Of a DNA stretch of 64,000 bases, positions 28,801 to 40,800 are shown piece after piece. Each line of letters opens with the position of its first letter. Within the stretch, counting starts at the first letter, position 1. A model generated the notes under the pieces. The model was not told the origin of the DNA and ran no database searches. It saw only the letters and a list, made by a program, of their open reading frames with translations. The stretch comes from Camelus dromedarius. Lineage: Eukaryota. Position numbers and translations under genes: made by a program. The DNA is taken from contig NC_087436.1 of assembly GCF_036321535.1 (NCBI RefSeq), forward strand, positions 84,818,001-84,882,000. The letters are read 5' to 3'.

Positions 28801-31800
28801 TTCTTTTAGTGCCAAATGTCATTAAAAAAATAAAAAGATAGTGAAAGTAGATGGTTGCTTTTTTTTTTAAGGTTTTTACTTGGTAAAATAAATTGGTGAC
28901 TTGGTCAGTCTCTAAATTTTATTTAATCTTATTGATGTGTGAATTTTATAAAGATTGGGAATTAATGCTCTTAAATCACTGTTATGTTGTGATCATTAGG
29001 CTATTTCCACTGGATTCTTCCATACAGTAGTTATAATATTATGGTATCTAAACATTTGCTGTGAACTGCATTGCATAAATGCTGTTCAAGTCTTGTCTTC
29101 ATCCATGATGCCCTATCTGACTAATTAAATCCTCAGTAAGCTCACTTTTGATTAAACCTCTTTAGCACTTATACATACGTGTACAATGTATATGTGGTCA
29201 TACAATTAGCAATTCAATATACAAGCATATCTCATTTCATTGAGCTTTGCTTTATTGTGCTTTGCAGATACAGCAATTTTTTTTTTTTTACAAATTGCAG
29301 TTTTGTAGCAACTGTGTGTCAAACAAGTCTACTGGCACCATTTTTCTAACAGCATTTGCTCACAGCATGTCTCTGTGTCACATTTTGGTAATTCCTACAA
29401 TATCTCAAACTTTTTCATTATTATTATATTTGTTATGGTGATCTTTGATGTTACTATTGTAATTGTTTTTGGGTACCACAAACCGTGCCCATATAAGATG
29501 GTGAACTTAATTGATAAATATGTATGTTCTGACTGCTCTACTCACCAGCTGTTCCCATTTCCCTCCCTCTCCTTGGGCCTCCCTACTCCTTGAGACAAAA
29601 CAATAAAAGTAGGTCCGTTAATATCCTGATAATGGCCTCTAAGTGTTCGAGTGAAAGGAAGAGTCACATGTCTTCACTTTAAATCAAAAGCTAGAAATGA
29701 TTAAGTTTGGTGAGGATGGCAGATGGAAAGCCAAGACAGGCCGAAAGCTAGGCGCCTTGTGCCAACAGACACGTTGTGCATGCAAAGGAAAAGTTATTGA
29801 AGGAAATGACAAGTGCTACTCCAGTGAACACATGAATGATGAGAAAGCAAAACAATCTTATTGCTGATGTGGGGAAAGCTTTAGTGGTCTGAACAGAAGA
29901 TCAAACCAGCCACATTTCCTTAAGTCAAAGCCTAATCCAGAACAACACCCTAACTCTCTTCAATTCTGTGAAGGCCGAGAGAGGTGAGGAAGATGCAGAA
30001 GAAAAGTTTGAAGCTATCCAGGTTGGTTCATGAGGTTTAAGGAAAGAAGCTGTCTCCATAACATAAAAAGTGTCAGGTGAAGCAGCAAGTACTGATGGAG
30101 AAGCTGCAGCAAGTTATCCAGCTCTAGCTGAGATAATTCATGATGGTGGCTACACTAAACAGTGGATTTCCCATGTAGATGAAACAGCCTTCTATTGGAA
30201 AAAGATGCATTTAGGACTTCATAGCTAGAGAGAAGTCAATGACTGGCATCAAAGCTTTAAAGGACAGGCTGACTCTCTCATTAGGGGCTAATGCAGCTGG
30301 TGACTTGAAGATGAAGCTAGTGCTCATTTACCATTCTGAAAATTGCAGCACCCTTAAGATTTAAACTAAATCTCTTCTGCCTGTGTTCTAAACATAGAAC
30401 AAAGCCTGCATGACAGCACATCTGTTTACAACATGGTTTACTCAATATTTTAAGACAAACTGTTGAGACCTACTGCTCAGAAAAAATACTCCTTTCAAAA
30501 TGTTACTGCTCACTGCCAACGCACCTGGTCACCCAAGAACCCTGATGGAGATTTACAAGATTAATGTCGTTTTCATGCTGCTAACACAGCATCTGTTCTG
30601 CAGCCCATGGACAAAGAGCAATTTTGACTTTTAAGTCTTATTCTTTAAGAAATAACATTTTGTAGGGCCACGGCTGCCACAGATAGTAATTCCTCTGATG
30701 GATCTGGGTAAAGTCAACTGAAAACGTTATGAAAAGGATTCACCATTCCAGATGCCATCAAGAACATTTGTGATTCATGAGAAGAGGTAAAAATATCAAC
30801 ATTAACTGGAGTTTTGAAAGAAGCTGATTGCAACTCTCGTGGATGACTTTGAGGAGTTCAAGACTTCAGTAGAGGAAGTAATTACAGGTATGGTAAAACA
30901 GCAAGAGTACTAGAATTAGAAGTGGAGCTTGAAGATGTGGCTGAATTGCTGTATTCTCATGATATAATTTTAATGAACGAGGAGTTGCTTCTTATGGATA
31001 AGCAAAGAAAGTGGTTTCTTGAGATGGAATCTACATACTCCTGGTCAAGGAGCTGTGAAGACTACTGAAATGACAACAAAGGATTTAGACTATTACTAAA
31101 TCTTGTAGATAAAGTAGCAGCAGGATTTGAGAGGACTGACTCCAATCTGGAAAGAAATTCTACTGTGGGTAAAATGCTATCAGACAGCCTCGCATGCTAT
31201 AGAGAAACTGAAAACAAAGAGTCAACTGTCATGGTAAACTTCATTGTTGTCTTATTTTAAAAAATTGCCACAGCCACCCTAACCTTCAGCAACTACCACC
31301 TTGATCCCTTAGCAGCCATCAACATCGAGGCAAGACCCTCCAGCAGCGAAAAGACTGACTCACTGAAAACTCAGATGATGGTTAGCATTTTTTTCTGCAA
31401 TATAGTATTTTTAAATTAAGGCATGTGCATTGTTTTGTTAGACATAAAGCTATTGCACACTTAACAGACTATAGTATAGAGTAAACATAACTTTTATATG
31501 CACTGGGAAACCAAAAAATCTGTGTGACTTGCTTTATCAAGATACTCGCTTAACTGTAGTCTGGAACGGAACATGTCTCCAAGGTATCCTGTATACAGCG
31601 CTGTGGAGCTTTAAGCACATTAGTTTTAACACCTCTTCACAAGCATCTTGAGGGTGGGAACCATTTCTTATTCTTACATGTGAATGACAATGAGCACAAA
31701 ATAGGCACACAATGAAAATTCAATCATTGACAAAGACATGTATCATAATATGGCAATCACATTTTCCCAGCTACTTTGTCCCACAACCAGGAATAGAAAT

Positions 31801-34800
31801 ACCCAAGTTTCCCACCTCTTTTGTTAGATGATATGACGCATTAAATTTAATACACAGAAAAACTTTTCTGTACTTGGGACATCATCCTCCACCTTCTTCA
31901 GCACATTCTAGGTTGTTGCAACATTCTGGTTTTCAACGTGCATTGCTCACATGTAACAATACATATCAGATTTTCAGAACTGCGAAGCACTGACTTTAAA
32001 CAAAGCCATTAGTTTATAAGGCAAAGAAGCAAAATCATGAATAACAGCATGTTACAGCAAACAATTAAGGGTGCAGATAGGACTTCTGTTTACTGACTGG
32101 TATTTTCAATACCAGCTGCAAATATGGATAACATCACTGAACAGAGTTGTTTTCAAAAACTAAGGAATTGTATAGAAATTGATATTATTGAAATAATAGC
32201 ATAAGAAAAATGTGTTTTAATATTTCCTAGATTTCTACATTTACTTTTTTCTTTATGCTTTTCAAGTCAAGTGAAACGTTAAGAGAATCTTCCCAATTTC
32301 CCTTTCATATGCTTAGTTGGGTGGCCTTTCTTTATGCTCCCAGGGTACCAGTATCATAACATATACCCTCCCTGAGTGCATCTGTCTATCTCCCTTCTCT
32401 AGACTGTGAGCTACTTGAGGGGAGAATCAGCCTCTCATCTAGTCCAAGTAAATGTCTGGTATGTATCTCTAATCACTTGGAAAACGATTTCTAAATAAAT
32501 GAAGGAGTGAGTGAATGCAAGAACGACAGAACAAAAGGCAAGCAGAATGAGATTAAATGCCTTTCTGGCCAAAATACATTTTTTGTTATGGGACATTAAA
32601 CTGCTACGAATATGGTTAACAGGTAGCTTATATCAGTTAATTATAATCTATTAAGATTCTGCAACTGTTAGGTTTAGTAAACTTTATTTAAAAAAAAAAA
32701 GAATCAGAGAAGCTGGAGCCAAAGTTGATGTACTCACAGGCACCGAAAGAAAGTAGGACCTGTTATAGAGCTGAAGGAGGGCCTGAGTAAACTGATCAGA
32801 AATAAAATATAGTAAATACAGTTGTTGTAGAATACTGCAAAGTGAAAACAAAATAAGAATCCAATATTTCAGACAGCACTTCTTGATGAACAGAATTTCC
32901 CTCAATTTTTTTGGCCCAATAACCCTATTAAAATAAAAGAGATGAAAAGTACATGAAACTTAATTTATTACATCAGATATTAAAATGCTTTCTATTCAAA
33001 TCTCTCCAAGGTCTGCTTAATCATATTAATATCATTGCCACAACCTTAATTGTAACATCCTTTTTCATATAAAAATGCAGACAAAGGGTTTATATAAGAT
33101 TAAATCAACTGGCTAACAAAACATTGTAAATCAACTATATTTCAATAAAAAATTTTCAAGGGAAAAAGATTAAATCAACTGAAATTTTCAATTGAGTTAC
33201 TCATTTTTTCATGTATATAAGTATACGGAGACAATGGAACACTTAAAATATGGAGTCAAGTCCTAGTTCTTACCTAAAAATAGGCCAAAGAGTAAACATG
33301 TCACAAGTCTGGACTTACTTTTTTAAATAAGAACTTCTAAATGATAATGTGCAATATGTAAGCAAAGTTCCTTAAAACTCAGAGTTTTAGCTAAAAGGAA
33401 CTAGACTGTCTTCCTAAGGAGGCTGTTGTAGCCCAAAATACATCTATGAGCAAATATGTGCATATTTAAAAATATTAAAATCAAATACATGTGTGCAGGA
33501 ATATAGTGTGATCCCAGTTAAACACATTAAAATTTTTTGTAGGAATTTACATTTAAGCTACTATATAAACAAGTTACAGGAACATGTCAGTATTAATAAT
33601 AAAATAAAATTACCTGTTGAACAAAAACATTGTTGAGGTGACTGGCCAGTCTCCGGGCAAAATGCTCTCGCAAATCACTGAAACGCTGCTGTTGCTGTTT
33701 GACTGCCAGAAGCATGTCATGGCCTGAAATCATAACATTTCTTGACTTCTTTAATGGGTTAAAAAAGTTCCTTGATGCTTAATAAATACCTTTCTAACAG
33801 TATCCATATTTCAGTTTTGAAGAACCCTAAGTTTTACTGGCTTATTCATTTGCTTCATAAAAGAAAGGTAAGGGGGAAACATAGTATAGCACAGTGTTTC
33901 TCAAAGCCTGATCTTGCCCCAGCATCACCCGGGAACTGTTAGAAATGTGGACTCTAAGGCCTCAGCCCAGACCTCCTGATTCTGGGGGTGGCACGTGACA
34001 AGCTGTATTTTAAAAAGGTGAATCACCTCTAGGTGATTCTGATGCAAGCTTAAGTTTTGGAACCACTGGTTTAGCAAAACCTTATGTCATCTACTTTGTG
34101 TTATGTTCTATGGACGGTACTGAAGAAAAATCATGGTGTTAACTTACAGTCATTGATGGTTAATCAGAAGGAACTGAAATGAAAAAGCTCTTAGTGTCAA
34201 TGCACATTATGTTTGAGAATAAGTGAAATGTGTTTGAATAGCTGATAAAGTAACCCTAAACCACTTGCCCCATGTATGTCTTGTCAAAAGCTTTATACTA
34301 TGTCATAGGCTTTAGTCTAGGGTTCTTGGGCAGGTTTTATTGTCGCTAATGAACATACCTGGTCGAAGAGCCACATTCATGCACTGCAGAAGGGCATCTG
34401 CTGCATTGGTGCAGGCCTCAATGCCCCTGGAAGAAGCAAGATCTCCTTCCTGAAGGGCCTTTATATGACCTTTGGCCAAGTCCAGGTGGTTCTGGAATAT
34501 GTATAAATACACCATTTGCATGTATAATCTTGGGAAATTTACAGGCAAGATGCTACTCAATCCTACGACTAGGTCTTTGGATTTACAGTATTTTATATCT
34601 TGCTCTCCTCAGGAAATTAGAAAATGTTTACAAATGGGTTTTATATATTCTCATTAGGCCTTTTTGTTGTTGTTGTTGCTGATAATTTATAATCACACTT
34701 ACCACAAGGAACTCTATCTCAGACAGGAGTTTTACATTATTAGTGTTACTGAGATGAATCAGGTGGTTGCTTTCAGAGATCTGATCCATTTGTTCTTTTA

Positions 34801-37800
34801 CACTTTGGAGCATTTCCTCGTAACTGCTCAGTTTCAATTCAATCTGATCCACCTCCTTCAGCGCGTCATCCAGCAACTTCATCAGGATGTTCACCTGCTT
34901 TTCAGAGGCCATGATTGACTGGATGTTGGCCTACAAAGTTAAAAAAAAAAAAAAAAAGTAATGCTCCGTATTATGCAAATATATAAAAGAAGTACAAAGG
35001 TGAACTACCGATAAAGCTCTTTGACAAAGATAACAAAGGCTGATATATACATCTACACATCTACTTTAATTTATCACTTTGTGTTTACATTCTACTTTTT
35101 ACACTGTATTTCAAGAAGGTACACCTTCTTCTATATCAAGGCTTAGGGACCATGCCTCAGTGCTGTATACTTCTGGGGCCTGAACAAGTAGATTTCTGCC
35201 CCACAGTGTGTCATCAGTGACGGTATACTCTCATTTCTGTAAATGGAGTGGCTTTAGACTATGTCATCTCTGACACTTCTTCCAATTCTATCAGCTATAA
35301 AATTTTTCTATGCTTTGTAATATTTATGTAAAACCCTAAATAAAAGCATAATCATCTATATTAATACCTTAGTCAAGAGAGTAGCAGCAGTATGCCAGTC
35401 TCGGAAGGATACATGGAACTAATTGATAACTGCGGTATGATTTGTACTAATAGGACGTGGAAGAGCAAATGGCCATAAGATCGCTCCTTCTAAGGTATTT
35501 TTTCTTTTCTCTTTCATTTGAGATTACTATTTTCCCCTCAGGCAAAGCAGTAACAGACCACCATCCCTTATTAATGTTTTCTAAATGATTTAGACTATTG
35601 ATTCTGAATTTCCTGAAATATGGAAGCTTTCAAATCCAAAATTAAACTGCAAAGCAATATGATGACTTGGAACACATATGCAATATCAACTAGAAAAGAA
35701 AATGCAAACCACTAAGGCACATTAGGAAGGCAGATAACATGATATGAGGAAAAAATCTGGACAAGGAATTAAAAGGATATCATTGTACGGGTGATGCTGT
35801 AATTTCACACGTGTTATTTTATATACATTCATAATAACACAACTGTAAGAGCAGCCCAGCTGTAAAGTCAGCAGGGCTCAGACCAACTGACATCTTAAGC
35901 AGGAGAGCTGGGGCCTGAACCGACTCAGGACAATTTCCACTTTAATGCCTTAAAGTCTCTTCTAGGCTTTACTTCCAGAAAGTTTTATAAACCTGGAAGC
36001 TTGGACTATTCATGTAACCTCTGGACCTGAGTTCAACCTCATAACTACTGTATCCTTCGTATATAAAATGCAAATATTCCTTATTCTCTGAGGGCTTTTC
36101 TTAAATGCTTACCTTGTCTAAACAAAACAAAGCCACCCAAATGTTCTCATTTTAGATGTTTCTTACAAACGGAGTGCTACTTGTGTTTTTTACTTTCTAA
36201 AGAATTCGATACAGACTCAGAAACGTGTGTACAAATGAAAAGGACCCATTCCAAAACATTTTAGCAGAGGAGTCAAACATTCTTCTTCCCTTGGCTCTCC
36301 TGTTTTCACCACACTATTCTGCTCTCTATGGGTATTCACTAATTTCAGCCCAATTTCTCTCTTTCTAACTTGTATCTATCTTTTTTTCAAACCACAAAAA
36401 TGCTATTCTTTTGCACTGAACTATTCTGAGGTGTTTCAGAGGCTGCGGGAATCCACCCCCAAGTTGGTTTCAGGTTGGCTACTTTCACCTCCATCATTTC
36501 ATATCAAGAACCTCCCCAAATCCAGAACCCTCTGCCATCTGCTTTCATTGGCTTAATAGGAATGGTTCTGTCTTTTGAATAAGAACAGTGAAAGACTGAC
36601 AGCAGCTGGTAATGCACTACCAGAGAAGGACAGAAATAATCACACTGCATGGGCTTAAGTGCTAAGGCAGTAAAATGTGAACATCACCAGTCTCCTCAAT
36701 CCACTGCATATCAGTAATCGTAGATTACAAGAAAGGCTTACCCCATCGAGCACCTGCAGCTCTCTGGACAATCGTTCTGCAAAGGCCTCGGCATTAGAAA
36801 TTGCATATTCACAGCCCTCCATCATTATTTCAATATCCTGCTCTTCTCTTGCATTTAACTCTTGGTACTCATCCACTGCTTCTTCATCGCCTCCTGTCAC
36901 ACTCTGATTTTCTCCACTTGGAACAGATTCTTAGAGGGTAAAAATTTAAAATAAAGTAGTAAAAAAGTGGGAAGGACACTGGCATGGCACTTACAGGTAA
37001 GGTCAGTTTTAAGCACAGGTCACATTTAGTGGCTGAAAAATTGGAAAGAATGATTCAAAATAGATGAAGAAAACTTATTTTTATGAAGAACTGCATGTGT
37101 TAACATAACGTTTATTATAACAAATAAAAAGCATGCAGTCTAACTCATTGACTTGTGTTAAAATAGGCTTTAGTCACAATTTCCAAAAACATAATTAAAC
37201 TATAAAACAAATATAAAACGAGAAACAAAACATATGGAAGCAAGCCTAATCTTTTTTTTTTTCCTACCTGAGATGGTTGTTGCTCTAACAAAACAATGAT
37301 TATGAATTTAGGACACATGAAAAACAATGTGCTTTCCTTTTTTTTCCAGGTAACATTTTCTTCTGTTATTTTTGTTCTTTTTGTCTTTGTTACATTTTGG
37401 GTTTTTTCCCCAAATAACTTTTAATTGAAATAAAAAATGCACCTGCAATTCACAATTTATTTTGGGCACTGAAAATATTAACTGGATTTTCCATTTTTTT
37501 GTTTAAAAATTTTTCACATGCATTAATAAAAGTTAACCGAAAATTTCTCAGTAACTGTATACTAAGAAGTGCAACAACAACATGGCTGTTTGAAATTACA
37601 AAAATTTAAATGGTCTTCCTGCTTTGTAACAAAAGACCAAGGGGTCAAATTTGAGATGCTTTCTGGATAAGTGTTTCATTTCAATTTTTTGAGAGAATAC
37701 ACTCAGCATGTGGGATCTTATAAATCCTGAAGTTAAGAGAGGTAAAATGAAAAAAATAATTTTACCCTTAAATAAACTTTGAAATAAAGTTACTGATTTT

Positions 37801-40800
37801 CATCAGCTTATGGGACACGATTTAAGTCACAAACTTTGGATGTTTTAAATATTCATTATTTTGGATGAAAATGGATAGTTACACTCAGCATGACTTGACA
37901 TATGTTAATTTGTCCTAGAACAAAAACCACCCAATTTAAATAACAAATGCTTACTCTTACAAATGATGATTAGGCAGATTTAGATAACATCACAGGAAAA
38001 AAAGGAGGGGGGCTAAAACTTTCGGTAGAGGCAATTATAAATGACAGTATATAAATATAAGTTCTTTAGAGAGGAATCTCTGTGCTCCTTGTCCTTTGAA
38101 AGAGTCACTGTGGACATGTTAAACTGTCGTGTGTGACAGCTTCTTAGTCACTAGAGGGCAGGAAATGCCCAAATCATTCGGTACAGCTCCTCACACAAGT
38201 AAATATTTAAAATAAACAAATATTTCAATGATCGTAACTGCTTCAGAAGTATTTGCTCTTCCACAAAACAGTCCGTAGGAAGCCAATCATGAATACTATC
38301 ATTAATTTTTATGACCGTATGGATTTTGTAGTAATAAACTTTTCCCTGTACACAATTTCATAAAATATGCAACCAACAGTACATAACAATGGCAAGTAAT
38401 AAAAATATATGGAATAGAATAAGAAGAAAAGGTGTTACGCACCTTCTGTAACTTTAGGCAGTTCTGGAGAGTAAAAAGGTATGAAAAAAGCAGAGGAAAG
38501 TAAGCAAAGAATATTAGCTGGGTAGAAATGTATACAGGTTTAAATTTTAAAATACTACCTGTATTTCATTTGAACTTCATGCTAAATTAATGTTTAAGAG
38601 ACAATGTCAAAAATAACTACAAAGTGGGAATATCCATAAGAAGCTAAATTTCCAGAGTTCATTTTTCTTGTTCATTTTCTGACAGTGACTAAAAATACAT
38701 TTATTTTTCTCTTTTCTCTTAGTCTTTTAAGAAACAGTTCTGATGAGTCCTTGGAGGAGAAAACTGGGAAACAGATCACTTCCTGGGTATTATTTTTAGG
38801 TCAGTTGTGACTCATGCATTTAGTCTAGTTATTTTTGCTCAAGGCCCAAAACCTTTATTGGACACTCCCTCACAATGGATTAGTCATAAAATATTGTTAG
38901 AAAGGACAAGACTGAAACAATTTAAAAAAAAACCACACACACAAGATATCAGTTGAAGCTGACTTTTAAAGACTCAAGTCAAAGGTTTTTTGAAATCTGG
39001 CTGCAAGAATAAAAAAGACATGGCCAAACAAAAACTTCACTCTACTTCAACTGCTAACAAAGTCCTGCTTTAAAAACCTTATTCTGCCAAAAAGCCCTGA
39101 TTATCAGCACAAACATTCAATTGTCATCAATAAAAACTACGCACGTTGACATTGCTAACATTCCCAATGAACAGTTTTACTTACTTGAATGATTACTTAG
39201 CTCTTAAAAGGAGATGGTGATAATTTCTTGTTTGTTTTCTAACATAACCCAAAGCTTAGAGACATGTTTTAAAAAATGGGAATCAGCAGCCATGATTTTA
39301 AAATACAGGAAAATATTAAACAAATTTGTAGACATTAATAAAGGTACACTCTGAACTCCATTAAACCAAAGCAACAGTTACTGCTTTATAGAAAGTGATT
39401 TTCAAAATGAGATCCTTAAGGATCTTCTCAATATCCTTAAAACTGATCTCAATTGGGTTAATATTTATAAAAATAAAAATGTCTACAACTCTCTTTTAGG
39501 CCCTGAAAAATTAAATGTCATTTTCCCCCTCAAAGCTGGTCACTTCATTATCAAAAAACAGCAGTATTCTTCTCATTGATTTTGGTAATATTCCTTAATG
39601 TGATAAATACAGGTAGGGTATGTATTTTCCCATATTGTTGACTGAATGAAACAATGGTTTAAAATACAATTTAGGCAGTAAGTAACATCTGGAAATACAT
39701 AATATTTGAAAACAGACCAGAAAGTTTATGAATCATTCACTGATCAGAATGTTCAACACTGAATGGTAAAAAAATAAAAGCTACTCAGAACTGAGTAAGC
39801 CACTCTTCAACGCATGGAAAATTACCATAAATTTCTTAAAGGTCATTCTCTTAACATACTCCAGCACCAAGACATTGGGGTATCACGCTGGTGAGATGGC
39901 AACCCTGAGGGCTCTGACACAAGGCCAGCCCCACTTTGGGGATGAGCACAGGGCATGACAGATGTGACTTGCCTCTGCCGGTTCCAAGCATCAAGCCTGA
40001 AACCAGTAGTGGGCTCACTGATTAATAAGTGATAGAAAAGAACACCACATTTAAGGAGAGAAAGATGCATGGCCAAGCAGCAAAGGAATAAGTAAAACAA
40101 AATAGAGAAAGGACAGAGGCAAGTGACTAAGTCAAGGAATAGTTTGAAGCATCTGAAATTGTCATTTTTATAGGTCAAAATGGTTGAACATTGGCAGTTT
40201 CAGATGTTTCAACCTGACAGAACAGAAGCTTCTATTTTTTCAATGCTGATACACAACTTAGGACAAATCTAAGTTTTCTTTCTAATATATAATTTAGGAC
40301 AAATCTCTGTTTTTTCCCTCAATAAAGAGGAGTAATAACTCTGCTGTCCACCCGCTGTTACTTCGATTGCCTTCCTGGAGATAAGGAGTATAACACAAAG
40401 TGCATTCATAAGGCACACAGGCTTACAGTGTGTATGTCTTTGTAAAAGAAATTTTAAAAGAAAAAAATCTCATTGTACAGTTTCAATAATTAACAGTAGA
40501 GTGTTTGTCTTGTAACACAAAATAATCCCTAGTAATATCCTGAAAATATACTGATCAAAAATACTCTAGTTAATTTCATGTCTAAGGACTTTATCCTGAT
40601 AATAGAATAATAACAGCTAATATCTGAGTACTTACTATATATGGCTTTGTTCTCATCGTATTCATTTATTAAGTAATTTAATGCTCACAACAATCCTATG
40701 TAGTTGACATTATTATGATCTCTATTTCTGAGATAAGAGAAACTGAAACACAGAGTAAGCCAAGGTCATGTAGCTAGTAAGTGACAAAGCCAGGATTTAA

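Noticed and set aside
31874..31907. Possible cryptic minus-strand exon acctag|AATGTGCTGAAGAAGG..CCCAA|gtacag
   Set aside because: No pyrimidine tract, weak donor, and 34 nt is not frame-preserving.
37698..37892. 13-bp repeat TACACTCAGCATG about 180 bp apart
   Set aside because: Short enough to arise by chance in 64 kb; no extended similarity.
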